Positions 11,684-24,725 of a DNA stretch of 64,000 nucleotides are shown piece by piece. The notes under the pieces were generated by a model. It did not search any database. It was not told where the DNA came from and worked only from the letters and a program-made list of their open reading frames with translations. The number at the start of each line of letters is the position of its first letter. Positions within the stretch are counted from its first letter, which is position 1. The stretch covers positions 186,930,001-186,994,000 of the forward strand of contig NC_091989.1 of assembly GCF_044704955.1 (NCBI RefSeq), written 5' to 3'. Origin of the DNA: Pristiophorus japonicus (Eukaryota). The translations under genes were made by a program, and so were the position numbers.

Positions 11684-11739
11684 ACCAGCTCTTGGGCAGA
11701 CTGTTGGAGGGCTCCCAGTGCTGCAGTCAGTGAGTGGAA

Positions 11740-12246
11740 ACGTTTAATTTTTTTATTGATTGGTTGATTTATTTTTTATTTATTATTTATTATTGATGAT
11801 GGCTCTTTATTGGTAAAAGTGAAGTGTTTAATGCTTTGCAAAATCCCCTAACTTCCCTTCACCCCCCCAATCTCTGGTTACCTGCATCTAATTTATAAAG
11901 TGTAGGCCAGGTTTTTTTGAGTGTACAAAAATCAACATTAGAGACATCAAAACATGGAGAATAGGTGCAGGAGTAGACCATTCGGCACTTCGAGCCTGCA
12001 CCACCATTCAACATCATGGCTGATCTGGGCTAAGTTAGTTTGGAGTAACTTTTCACTGCCTAAACTTGCAAAACAGGCATAAGTAGCTGATAACAGCCCT
12101 TTTTGGAAAAAAAAACAACTAAAACAAAACTTTTCTAACTAACTAGAAGTGGAGCAAACTAAATGCCGAGAATTGCGATTTCTAAGATACTCCATACTAA
12201 ACTAGTTGCTCCAAAAAAATAGCAACTCGAGCCGAACCTTGGGCCC
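11740..12246. mobile_element. Probable end of a non-autonomous DNA-transposon-like repeat, carrying a small CR1 3' fragment (~11940-12027)
   Basis: Non-coding, sharp end at ...ccgaaccttgggccc, and resembles shark interspersed repeats as I recall them. No partner TIR was located. Confidence 0.35.
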
Positions 12247-12299
12247 GTGGAATGGTGTTCCCCAGGGGCAGTATATATATATATATTACCGAACCTTGG

Positions 12300-12428
12300 G
12301 CCCGTGGAGTGGTGTTCCCCAGGGGCAGTATATATATATTAATGACCTGGACTTGGGTATACAGGGCATCATTTCAAAGTTTACAGATGATACAAAACTC
12401 GTAAATGTAGTAAACAATGAGGAGAACA
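12300..12428 (+). mobile_element. CR1 RT fragment
   Basis: SGVPQG...YINDLD...SKFTDDTKL. Confidence 0.8.
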
Positions 12429-14432
12429 TAAATAGGAGTCGGCCATTCGGCCCCTCGAGCCTGCTCCGCCATTCAATGAGATCACGGCTGATCTTTGTCA
12501 ACTCCACTTTCGTGCCCGATCCCCATATCCCTTGATTCCCTTAACAACCAAAAATCTATCGATCTCTGCCTTGAATATACTCAATGATTGAGCCTTCACA
12601 GCCCTCTGGGGCAGAGAATTCCAAAGATTCACCACCCTCTGAGTGAAGAAATTCCTCCTCAGTCCTAAATGGCCGACTCCTTATGCTGAGACTGTGACCC
12701 CTGGTTCTAGACTCCCCAGCCCGGGGAAAACACCCTCCCTGCATCTACCCTGTCAATCCCTGTAAGTTTGTTGTATTTTTCAGTGAGATCACCTCTCATT
12801 CTTCTAAACTCCAGAGAGTATAGGTCTCTTCTACCCAATCTCTCCTCATAGGACAATCCCCCCATCCCAGGAATCAGTCTGGTGAACCTTCGCTGCACTC
12901 CCTCTATGGCACGTATATCCTTCCTTAGAGATACAGTGATCATGACCATCTATAAAAAAAGGGGACAAGTCTGACTGCAGGAACTACAGAGAAATCTCCC
13001 TGTTATCAGCCACTGGGAAAGTCCTCGTCAACCGTCTTCTCCCTGTGGCCGAGGAGCTCCTCCCGGAGTCACAGTGCGGATTTCGTCCCCTACGGGGCAC
13101 AACAGACATGATATTTGCAGCGCGACAACTGCAGGAAAAATGCAGGGAGCAGCACCAGCCCTTATACATGGCCGCCTTCGATCTTACAAAAGCCTTGGAC
13201 ACTGTCAACTGCGAGGGTCTATGGAGCGTCCTCCTCCGTTTCGGATGCCCCAAAAGTTCGTCACCATCCTCTGCCTGCTTCACGATGACATGCAGGCCGT
13301 AATTCTTACCAACGGATCCATTACAGACCCAATCCACGTGCGGACCGGGGTTAAACAGGGCTGTGTTATCGCCCCAACCCTCTTCTCAATCTTCCTCGCT
13401 GCCATGCTCCATCTCACAGTCAACAAGCTCCCCGCTGGAGTGGAACTAAACTACAGAACCAGTGGGAACCTGTTCAACCTCCACCAGCCTGTCCTCACTG
13501 CACAGCACCGCCCCCCAGTCATCAAGATCCACGGCGTGGCCCTGGACAACGTGACCCATTTCCCTTATCTCGGGAGCCTCCTATGAACAAGAGCAGAGAT
13601 TGATGACGAGATCCAACACCGCCTCCAGTGCGCCAGTGCAGCCTTCGGCCGCCTGAAGAAAGGAGTGTTTGAAGACCAGGCCCTCAAATTTGGCACCAAG
13701 CTCATGGTCTACAGGGCTGTAGTAATACCCACCGTCCTGTATGGCTCAGACACATGGACCATGTACAGTAGACACCTTAAGTTGCTGGAGAAATACCACC
13801 AATGATGTCTCCACAAGATTCTACAAATCCCCTGGGAGGACAGACGCACCAACCTTAGCGTCCTCGACCAGACCAACATCTCCAGCATCGAAGCACTGAC
13901 CACACTCGAGCAGCTCCGCTGGGCAGGCCACATTGTCCACATGCCCCAGACACGAGATTCCCAAAGCAAGTGCTCTTCTCGGAACTTCTTCATGGCAAAC
14001 GAACCAAAGGTGGGCAGAGGAAACGTTCCAAGGACACCCCTCAAAGCCTCCCTGATAAAGTGCGACATCCCCACCGATATCTGGGAGTCCCTGGCCAAAG
14101 ACCGCCCTAAGTGGAGGAAGTGCATCCGGGAGAGCGCTGAGCACCTCGAGTCTCGTCGCCGAGAACATGCAGAAACCAAGCGCAGGCAGCGGAAGGAGCG
14201 TGCAGCAAACCAGTCCCACTCCCCTTCCCTCAACCACTGTCTGTCCCACCTGTGACAGGGACTGTAATTCCCTTATTGGACTGTTCAGCCACCTAAGGAT
14301 TCATGTTAAGAGTAGAAGCAAGTCTTCCTCGATTCCAAGGGACTGCCTATGATGATGATCCTTCCTTCGGTAAGGAGACCAAAACTCTCCACAATACTCC
14401 AGGTTTGGTCTCAGCAGGGCCCTGTATAATTT
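12425..14432 (-). mobile_element. CR1 3' portion (12425-12926 and 14358-14432) split by an RTE insertion
   Basis: CR1 C-terminal translation on the minus strand continues colinearly at 14358. Confidence 0.88.
12927..14357 (+). mobile_element. RTE-BovB-like LINE, 5'-truncated and internally deleted, with 10-bp TSD ATCCTTCCTT
   Basis: PESQCGFRPLRGTTDMIFAARQLQEKCREQ, GVKQGCVIAPTLF, and C-terminal CPTCDRDC..H zinc finger. (TGA)n tail. TSD at 12917-12926 and 14358-14367. Confidence 0.92.
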
Positions 14433-15645
14433 CAGAGACGGAATTAGTGAACGTCTCATGACTCTCTGACTCACCCTATCACTGAATCAATGCACCACAG
14501 TCATCACTGTGTACGCCCCAACACTCGATGCAACAGATGAGACCAAAGAGGGTTCTTACTCCAGTCTCGAAAAATCCCTGTCCCACGTCCCTACGGACGA
14601 CAAACTGATGATCTCGGCGACTTCAACACCAGGGTCGGCAAGTACACAGCCCTCTGGGGAGGTGTGATTGGCAGAGAGGGTAGGGAAAACCAACCCCAGT
14701 GGTACCCTACTCCTGACAAAATGTCTAGAGCACGACCTTGTCACAACCAACACCTTGTTCCACCAGAGGGACAAGTACAAGGTAGCGTGGCAACACCCTC
14801 ACTCCAAACACTGGCACCTGCTCGACTATGTCATCGTCCGAGCCAGGGATCGGAAGGATGTGCACATCACCCGCGCCATGACAGGAGCTGACGACTGCTG
14901 GACAGACCATCGCCTAATCCGATCCATCATCGACATCAACATAGACCCAAAGCAGAGGGGACAGCAGAAGCAGTGTCGCAAAAAAGTCAATGCCGGAGCA
15001 CTTAGAGACCCAGCTAAGAGAGCCCTATACAGCCAGCACCTCACAGCTAACCTGGCGTGCCTTGATGACCCTGAGACGCAGAATGCCCACAGCACTTGGT
15101 CTGCCCTCCAGGCCTCTATAACCAGTGCCTGCGAAGAGACGCTCGGTCACTCAACCAGGAAACACCAGGACTGGTTTGATGAGAATGATCAGGAGATCCA
15201 GGAGCTAATAGATCGCAAGCTCAGGGCATTTCTGAACCTAAAGCAACAACCCAACTCGGGAGCAGCAAAGCAGCTTTACAGATGGCTCAACGCTGAGGTC
15301 CAACAAAACACCCGCGACCAAAAGAACAGGTGGTGGTGGAGAAAGCACAGGAGATACAACATCTGGTCAACATCCATGATGTGTGAGGATTCTTCATCGC
15401 ACCCAAGGCCCCACCCCACTGCTGGCCAAGAATGGGGAAACACTCATCAAGGACACCGAGGCTGTCAGGACCCGCTGGAAGGAGCACTTCGAAGATCTCC
15501 TTGACTGAGACTTTGCCTTTGACTCGAGTGTTCTCGACTCTATCCCGCAGCATGCTACCCGCCCCCATCTCAGCAAAACCCCAGCCCTGCACAAGGTAGA
15601 AAAGGCCATCCGTCAGCTCAAGAACAAGGCAACGGGAGCGGATGG

Positions 15646-15848
15646 TGTTATGTTGAGAATAAATCCACAGGACTGTATCGCAAGCTCAAACTTTTGTGAC
15701 CGTGGTCTCTTTATTCAGACTCCAGTATGAGGAGTCACCTTTTATACCTGCTTGTCCCAGGGTGCACAGGTGACCCTTAGGTCTCCCACAGGTGTGCCCC
15801 CTAGTGGCAAGTCTTACATTTGGGTAAGGTCTACATACATACGTAACA
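15646..15848 (-). mobile_element. Solo LTR (203 bp) with 5-bp TSD GATGG
   Basis: TGTTA...TAACA termini. GATGG at 15641-15645 and 15849-15853. TATAAAA and AATAAA on the minus strand. Confidence 0.9.
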
Positions 15849-16311
15849 GATGGAACCCCCGCTGAGGCACTAAAGTATGGCGGAGAGGCACTATTGGCAT
15901 CAATGCATGACCTCAGCTCTCATCTGAAAGGAGGAGAGCATGCTGGGAGATCTCAGAGACAGTGATCGTGACCATCTTTAAAAAAGGGGACAAGTCCGAC
16001 TGCAGCAACTACAGAGGGATCTCCCTGTTATCAGCCACTGGGAAAGTCATCGCTAGAATCCTCCTCAACCGTCTTCTCCCTGTGGCTGAGGAGCTCCTCC
16101 CGGAGTCACAGTGCGGATTCCGTCCGCTACGGGATACAACGGACATGAACTTTACGGCGCGACAACTGCAGGAGAAATGCCGGGAACTGCACCAACCCTT
16201 ATACATGGCCTTCTTTGACCTTTCAAAGACCCTCGACACTGTTAACCGCGAGGGTCTATGGAAGGTCCTCCTCAGTTTCAGATGCCCCCAAAAGTTTGTC
16301 GCCATCCTTCG

Positions 16312-19300
16312 TGATACGTCCTTATTACACAGTATAAATGCACACGAGGCCCATGCTTGAGAGGTCAGTCTGTGACCTGTCCTTTATTCCTTAGCACTCA
16401 AGTGATGAAGGTGGGTGGAGCTTCCCCTTTTATACCTGAAGGTCCAGGTTAGGAGTGTCTCCCATCTAGTGGTCAGTGTTCTCACGGTGTACAACTTAGG
16501 TCAGTTTATACATGGGTTACAATGCTGGTTGAATACATGACATCACCTCCCCCCCCCAAAAGTCTTATTGGGATCACAGGTTGAGTCTCTCTGGTGGTTT
16601 ACACTCTCTTGTAGAGCGCCCGAGTTGGGGCTCCGGTTGTTGGGCGCTGGCCTGAGTGTTTGCAGTGCCTCAGGCCTGTCCGGACTGCCCACAGTGACTG
16701 GGCTCTCCTCCCTTTGGTTCCGGTGTTCGGTCACCTTTGGTGGAGTGAACTCTACATCGTGTTCTTCCTCTGCTTCTTCTATGGGGTTGCTGAACCTCCT
16801 TTTTGTTTGATCCACATGTTTGCGGCAGATTTGTCCATTGGTAAGTTTAACTACCAGAATCCTATTTCCCTCTTTGGCAACCACAGTGCCTGCGAGCCAT
16901 TTGGGCCCTGCAGCGTAGTTGAGGACAAAAACAAGATAATTTACATCAATGCATCACGCCCTCGCATTCCTGTCATGGTAATGATATTGTGGCTGGCGCC
17001 TGCTCTCGACAATTTCTTCCATATTGGGGTGTATAAGGGATAATTGGGTTTTGAGCGTCCTTTTCATTAGTAGCTCTGCGGGTGGAACCCCTGTGAGCGA
17101 GTGTGGTCGGGATCTATAGGCCAACAGGAGGCGTGATAAGCGGGTTTGTAGGGAACCCCCTTGGAATCTTAGCATCCCCTGTTTGATTATCTGCACTGCT
17201 CGTTCTGCCTGGCCGTTTGAGGCCGGCTTGAACAGTGCCGTTCTAACATGATTAATTGCATTGCCTGCCATGAAGTCCTGGAATTCAGTGCTTGTGAAGC
17301 ACGGGCCATTGTCGCTGACCAAGATGTCCGGTAGACCATGGGCGGCGAACATTGCCCGTAGGCTTTCCACCGTGGCAGAGGATGTGCTTGAATTTAAAAT
17401 GTCACACTCGATCCATTTGGAGTAGGCGTCGACTACAATCAAAAACATTTTCCCCATGAAAGGACCTGTGTAGTCCACATGGATGCGTGACCAAGGCTTG
17501 GCGGGCCATGGCCAGGGGCTAAGGGGGGCTTCCCTGGGCGCATGGCCCAGCTGGGCACACGTGTTGCACCTGCGAACACAATGTTCCACCTGCGAACACA
17601 ATGTTCCAGGTCTGCATCTATCCCTGGCCACCAAACGTGTGACCTGGCAATTGCCTTCATCGTGACAATGCCCGGGTGCCCATTGTGGAGTTCTCTGATG
17701 AACACCTCTCTGCCCATCTGGGGCATGACTACGCGGTTTCCCCACAGTAGGCAATCGGCCTGAATCGAGAGTTTATCCTTGCGCCTGTGAAATGGTTTAA
17801 ATTTCAGGGCATGCCCTGTACGTGGCTGCCCAGTCCCCATTCAGGACACATTTCTTGACTAGAGACAAGTGGTCTCTATTTGTCCAGACTTTAATCTGAC
17901 GGGCTTCAACAGCCATGACCATCTCAGCACCATGCTCGGTAGCCCCCTCAGTGGTGGCTAGTGGGAGCCTGCTGAGTGCATCGGCGCAGTTTTCGGTGCC
18001 CGGTCTGTGCCGAATTGTGTAGTCATAGGCAGCTAATGTGAGTGCCCACCTCTGTATGCGGGCCGATGCATTTGCATTTATGGCCTTGTTGTCGGCCAAA
18101 AGGGACGTTAGGGGTTTGTGATCTGTCTCCAGCTCAAATTTCCTGCCAAAAAGATACTGGTGCATTTTCTTTACCGCATATACACATGCGAGTGCCTCCT
18201 TTTCTACCATCCCGTAGCCCCTTTCTGCCTGGGACAGACTCCTGGAGGCATAAGCTACCGGCTGTAACTGACCCTTGGCATTGACATGCTGCAACACACA
18301 CCCGACACCATAGGACGACGCATCGCACATTAACACAAGTTTCTTACATGGGTCATAAAACGTTAAGATTGTTGGAACATAAATTGTGTGCTCTATTAAA
18401 AGCCCTTTCCTGGCTGTCCCCCCAGACCCATTCACGACCTTTGCGCAGGAGCACGTGTAGCGGCTCTAGCAGCGTGCTCAATTTGGGAAGAAAGTTACCA
18501 AAATAGTTCAGGAGCCCCAGGAACGAACGCAGCTCCGTCGTGTTACGGGGTCTGGGTGCTCTCTGGATCGCTTCCGTCTTGGATACAGTAGGGCTGATCC
18601 CGTCTGCTGCTACCCTCATCCCCAGGAATTCTACCTCTGGAGCGAGGAAGACGCACTTCGCCTTTTTCAGTCGCAGACCTACCCGGTCCAGTCTGCGAAG
18701 CACCTCCTCCAGGTTATGAAGGTGTTCTTCAGTATCGTAACCCGTAATGAGGATGTCGTCCTGAAAAACCACCGTCCCTGGAATCGACTTGAGGAGGCTT
18801 TCCATATTTTGTTGGAAGATCGCGGCGGCCGAGCGAATCCCGAACGGACATCTGTTGTACTCAAACAACCCCTTGTGTGCCGTGATGGTGGGCAGCTTCT
18901 TCGACTCACTCGCCAGCTGCTGGGTCATGTAAGCTGAGGTCAGGTCCAATTTTGAAAAAAGTTTGCCACCAGATAGCGTCGCAAAGAGGTCCTCCGCTCT
19001 CGGTAGCGGGTACTGGTCTTGGAGTGACACCCGATTGATGGTGGCCTTTTAATCGCCACATATCCTGACCGACCCACCCGCCTTGAGCACCGGCACAATC
19101 AGGCTCGCCCAGTCACTGAATTCGACTGGCGAGATGATGCCTACCCTCAACAGGCGGTCCAATTCGCCTTCTATCTTTTCCCGCATCACGTACGGCACCG
19201 CTCTGGCCTTGTGGTGTACTGGTCTGGCGTCCGGGTTTATGTGAATCACTACCTTGGCCCCCATGAAAGTGCCAATGCCAGGTTGAAATAATGAGTCAAA

Positions 19301-20404
19301 TTTGTCCAGGACCTGAGAGCATGATACTCGCTCCACAAAGGAAATTGCATTGACATCGCCCCATTTCCAGTTCATGACAGCAAGCCAACTCCTCCCCAGT
19401 AGTGCGGGACCGTCCCTTGGGACAATCCAGAGTGGCAACCTGTTCTCCGAATCTTTGTGGGTCACGACTACCGTGGCGCTGCCTCGCACCGGAATGATCT
19501 GCTTTGTGTAAGTCCGTAGCTGTGCATCAATCGGCGATAATTTTGGCCTCCTGGCCTTGGATGCCCACAATTTTCCAAATTGTTTGATACCCATCACGGA
19601 CTGGCTGGCCCCCGTGTGTAACTCCATTGATACTGGGATGCCATTGAGGAGCACTTTCATCATTATCGGTGGCGTCCTGGTGCATTAACTGTATACGTGC
19701 TCCACATGAACTCGCTGAACTTCAGCTTCCAGCGATTTCCCCCAGTGTCCATTTCTGCAATTTCTGCAGGTATTTTGCTCATCTCTGCAAACTCCGGCTG
19801 AATGTGTACCTCCACGCCTTCAGAATGAGTTGCGGTTTGAAACAAAAGGTCCCTTGCCAGTCGATCGTCCCTGACAGTCCCTGTTATTGTCCTTGAGTGC
19901 ACCATTAACAGGTGTTGATGGCCCCATTACTAGCCGCATTGTCCCTTGCAATGGCGTGAATCGCTGTTCAGCTTGCCATCGTCTCTGTTGAACTCCCCCT
20001 CTGGGTTCGACTACATGTTGGGGCATGCCCGACTGCCCTTGTCTGCCTGGAGAACTGTGTGCTGCTTTAACAATGTTGAATCTCTGTCCCAACCATTCCT
20101 TAACACAGTACCTCTCGTCTGTTCTGCTAGTGGCCATGCTCGCGTGGTTTAAATCCCAGTTTCTTGTCGCCATTGATACGTCCTTACTACACAGTATAAA
20201 TGCACACGAGGCCCATGCTTGAGAGGTCAGTCTGTGACCTGTCCTTTATTCCTTAGCACTCAAGTGATGAAGGTGGGTGGAGCTTCCCCTTTTATACCTG
20301 AAGGTCCAGGTTAGGTGTATCTCCCACCTCGTGATCATTGTTCTCACGGTGTACAACTTAGGTCAGTTTATACATGGGTTACAATGCTGGTTGAATACAT
20401 GACA
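16312..20404 (-). mobile_element. Ty3/Gypsy LTR retrotransposon (Mag/K02A2.6-like): two 231-bp LTRs, gag largely deleted, pol frameshifted, TSD CTTCG
   Basis: LTRs at 16312-16542 and 20174-20404. TSD at 16307-16311 and 20405-20409. PPT 16543-16557; PBS TGGCGACAAG next to the 5' LTR. Protease (L.TGA), RT (FQDD), RNase H (CDAS, ETDHKPL) and integrase (HxGH..C..C, IHVDY, SDNG, NGQAER). Confidence 0.95.
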
Positions 20405-22819
20405 CTTCGCCTGCTCCACGACGACATGCAGGCCGTGATCCTGACCAACGGATCCATTACAGACCCAATCCACGTCCAGACCGGCGTCAAACAGGGCTGT
20501 GTCATCGCCCCAACCCTCTTCTCAATCTTCCTCACTGCAATGTTCCACATCACACTCAACAAGCTCCCCGCTGGAGTGGAACTAAACTACAGAACCAGTG
20601 GGAACCTGTTCAATCTTCGCCACCTCCAGGCCAAAGCCGTCCCAACCTCTGTCGTCGAGCTACAGTACGCGGACGACGCCTATGTCTGCGCACACAGAGG
20701 CTGAACTCCAGGACATAGTCGATGTATTTACTGAGGCGTACAAAAGCATAGGCCTTGCACTAAACATCCGTCAGACAGAGGTCCTCCCCCAGCCTGTCCT
20801 CGCTGCACAGCACTGCCCCTCAGTCATCAAGATCCATGGCGCGGCCTTGGACAAGGTGGACCATTTTATACACCTCAGGAGCCTCTTATTAGCAAGGACA
20901 GACATCGACGACGAGATCCAACACCATCTCCAGTGCGCCAGTGCAGCCTTCGGTCACCTGAGAAAGAGAGTGTTCGAAGACCAGGCCCTCAAATCCACCA
21001 CCAAGCTCATGGTCTACAGGGCTGTAGTAATACCCACCCTCCTGTATGGCTCAGAGACATGGACCATGTACAGTAGACACCTCAAGTCACTGGAGAAATA
21101 CCACCAACGATGCCTCCGCAAGATCCTACAAATCCCCTAGGAGGACAGACGCACCAACGTTAAAGTCCTCGACCAGGCCAACATCCCCAACATTGAAGCA
21201 CTGACCACACTCGACCAGCTCCGTTGGACAGGCCACGTTGTCCGCATGCCCGACACAAGACTCCCAAAGCAAGCACTCTACTTGGAACTCCTACTTGGCA
21301 AGTGAGCCCCAGGTGGGCAGAGGAAACGTTACAAGGACACCCTCAAAGCCTCCCTGATAAAGTGCAACATCCCCACCTGGGAGTCCCTAGCCAAAGACCG
21401 CCCTAAGTGGATGAAGTGCATCCGGGAGGGCGCTGGGCACCTCGAGTCTCGTCGCCGAGAGCATGCAGAAACCAAGCGCAGGCAGCGGAAGGAGCGTGCG
21501 GCAAACCAGTCCCACCCTCCCTTTCCCTCAACCACTGTCTGTCCCACCTGTGACAGGGACTGTGGTTCCCATATTGGACTGCTCAATCACCTGAGAACTC
21601 ACTTCGAGTGGAAGCAAGTCTTCCTCGATTCCGAGCGACTGCCTATGATGATGGAGATTTGGTTTGTAGATTTTGAAATACGAAACTTCTGAAGTTGAAC
21701 CTTGAAACTGATGGGCAAGGATCACAAACCATAGCTGGAATCCTGCCGATGATACAAGTCACACAACTGGGGTTTTAATCACAAGGTGGCCATTTGCCAG
21801 TCCTCTCATTGACCGATGATCTGATTAATACACAATGGAGCTTAAAGCCCAGTCCAGTCCAATCTGAGCCCGATCATTGCAGCCCAGTGGATGATACTGA
21901 ACAGCAGTGAGCAGAGTGGGTCAGTTTAACCTCCCTTTTATATCAGTGTCCTTGTTCAATTCAATATGGTCACTGCACTATTCCAGGTTAGTCATTGAAC
22001 CTTTGGATTAAAGGCTCCCACTGCACTGGTGTAAACAGCAGCACATTGTTCACATTTACTGGGCTGATGTTTGTAAACCAAGTGGGAGGAGAGGCAGCAG
22101 CGATGTGACCCTATTAGCTGCTGAAAGCAGCAGGAGACTCGGGATTATAGTCACATTATATAGAATCTACAGCAGAGAAACAGACCATTCGGTCCCTCTG
22201 GTCAATGCTCCACACAAACCTCCTCCCACCACATCCCATGTTTTTCACCTGGTGCTGATCCAGCTTCCCCTCCAGTGCATGTGTTATTGGTCTCAAGCAC
22301 ACCTTGTGGTACTGAGCACAATAATCACATCGTGCAGTTATGGGGGGTCATGGGGCAGCTGATCAGCAGCTGCTCAGGTTCCACAAACAAGGTGAACAAC
22401 CAATTGATTTAACTTTAAGGGTCAGTAGTGGAGGTCACAATGTAAACTCCCCATTCTGCAGAACATGCTGTTGGATCAGTTATATCCCCCTAAACAGGCA
22501 GGCAAGCCCCAAGTCTAACGTCTCATCCAAAGGACAGCAATACAACATTCCCTCAGTACTGGAGGGTGTATGTTATCTGCTGAAATCCTAGAGAGAGAGA
22601 GAGAGAGAGAGAGAGTGAGTAGCACAGAACAAGGAAAAAGCCATTTGGCTCCTCACCCCCACTCCAGCTGTAGACCAGGAGCATTATGCCCCAACACCTT
22701 CAACTGGTTTAACAGATTGAGCCAGAGGCCAGAAAGGTTGGCCTTCAATCCTCAAACCGAAATTGAGCAAAGTTTCTACAATCCCAATCTAGGTTTGTGT
22801 CTGTTTCCCTCCTATTTCA

Positions 22820-22985
22820 CCAATCACCTTCCCTGTAACAGCCCAGCTTGGACCCAGCCATACAGAGAGCACCCTGTCCACACAACAAGCCAGTCTGAGT
22901 CCAATCACCTTCCCTGTAACAGCCCAGCTTGGACCCAGCCATTCAGCAAGCACCCTGTCTGCACAACAAGCTCGTCTGAGTCCAA
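22820..22985. repeat. 81-bp tandem duplication (2 copies)
   Basis: ccaatcaccttccctgtaacagcccagcttggacccagcca... starts at 22820 and 22901. Confidence 0.9.
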
Positions 22986-23459
22986 CAACATCCACCCCCA
23001 AACCACACCCCTTTTATACAGCTGCCAATCAGCTCATTGGCCAATCAGCTGGCCAATCAATGAGGTGGCGATTTAAAGTAATGTGGTCCTCAATAAATGG
23101 TACAGACACACACAAGACAATTTAAAGAGATAAATACATAAAAAGGTAAAGTAGAGAATGTGGCTCAGAGAGTGGGAGGATAAGTAATGTTTTATAACTG
23201 TTTATAAGTTTATGATCCATATTCTATTAATATTACAGGAACACAGTAACTCCTGATAGCCCCATACCATTCTTACACTGAGTATTGTAAGTGACAGTGT
23301 GTGAGATGAAATGTTGAACAATTGCAGTGCAGGGATTACAGAATTCTCCGGGGATGCTGCATTGAAAGGGTTAAAGACGTCTTGACATGAGGATATACGT
23401 CAGCTTCTGTTGTCACACCTGCTCAAATACTACACAGCCATTTGATCTTGTTACTGCCT

Positions 23460-24330
23460 CAACAACAACTTATCTATTGACACAGTGCCTTCAATGTAGA
23501 AACACATCCCAAGGGGCTTCACAGAGGTGTGAGGGACAACATACATCGAACCAAGGACAGAGATATTCAGAGGGGGTGACCACCAGCTCGGTCAGTGACC
23601 TCGGTCTAAGGAGGGCCTCAAAGGAGGAGAAGGTGGCCGAGGGTTTAGGGAGGGAGATTTAAACATAGAAACATAGAAAATAGTTGCAGGAGTAGGCCAT
23701 TCGGCCCTTCGAGCCTGCACCGCCATTCAATAAGATCATTCACCTCAGTACCCCTTTCCTGCTTTCTCTCCATACCCCTTGAACCCTTTAGCCATAAGGG
23801 CCACATCTAACTCCCTCTTGAATATATCCAATGAACTGGCATCAACAACTCTCTGCGGCAGGGAATTCCACAGGTTAACCACTCTCTGAGTGAAGAAGTT
23901 TCTCCTCATCTTAGTCCTAAATGGCCTACCCCTTATCCTTAGACTGTGTCCCCTGATTCTGGACCTCGATGGCTAAAGATGTGGCTGCCATCGGTGTGGC
24001 AAAGAGAGGGCGAGATACAAGATGTAAGAGGAACACAAAGTTTCAGTGATAGGGAGGGGCGTGGCCATGGGGAATTTAAATATGAGGGTGAGAATATTGA
24101 AGTTGAGGTATTGTGGGACTGGTCAGTGAGGACAGGTGTGATGGGCGAGCAGGGCTTGGTGTAGGATAGGGGCTGTGCAGCAGAGTTTTGGAGAAGCTGG
24201 GTTTATGGAGGCCAAAGGGTGGGAGATTAACCGGGAGAATATTGGTGTAATCCAGTGTGGAGGTGATAAAGCCACAGATAAGCAGGATTTGTCTAGGTTT
24301 CACCATGGAGCAGAGCTGGATGGGAAACAC
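23460..24330 (-). mobile_element. Degraded L2-like LINE 3' region, with a CR1 3' end inserted at ~23661-23965
   Basis: ITSTLDYTNIL (L2 SRLDY motif) on the minus strand, similar to 41000-41740. CR1 catagaaa tail at 23661. Confidence 0.7.
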
Positions 24331-24334
24331 GGAG

Positions 24335-24725
24335 GTACAGTGGTGTAGTGGTTATGTTACTGGACCAATAATCCACAGAACCTGAGTTAAAACCCACCAT
24401 GGCAGTTTGAGCATCTGAACTCAGTGTAAAAACCTGGAAATAAAAGTCACCATGAAGCTGTGGGATTGCTGCAAATAATCAACTCCTGCCCTTTAGGGAC
24501 GGGAACCTGCTATCCTAACCCCGTCTGGCCTGTACGTGACTCCAGTCCCACACCAATGTGTTTGTCTCTTTACTGGCTTGTGAATTGGCCCAGCGAGCCC
24601 CTCGCTTGTATAAAGCCACTGCGAAGGACTGCAGTGGTTGGAGAAGGCCCACCTCCAGCTTCTCAGGGCGACTAGGATGGCCAATAAATGCCGGCCTTGC
24701 CAGTGAGCTCACAGCCTGAGAATGG
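24335..24725 (+). mobile_element. tRNA-derived SINE with a LINE-derived 3' tail
   Basis: A-box TGGTGTAGTGG and B-box-like GAGTTAAAACC. The tail ...gggcgactaggatggccaataaatgccggccttgccag matches the 3' end of the LINE at 29405-30235. Confidence 0.7.

Larger units (their letters stand above)
14433..21652 (+). mobile_element. RTE-BovB-like LINE (APE and RT, decayed), interrupted by a solo LTR and a Gypsy element
   Basis: APE motifs TVYAPT, WQHPHSKHWHLLDYVIV and WTDHRL. RT motifs NYRGISLLS and YADD. C-terminal zinc finger and (TGA)n tail at ~21645-21652. Coding colinearity resumes after each insertion. Confidence 0.92.

Noticed and set aside
10550-11767. Gly/Pro/Trp-rich ORFs
   Set aside because: Translations of the 29-bp minisatellite.
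17567-17606. 20-bp tandem duplication in the Gypsy integrase as a programmed frameshift
   Set aside because: Absent from the related element at ~47370; ordinary inactivating slippage.
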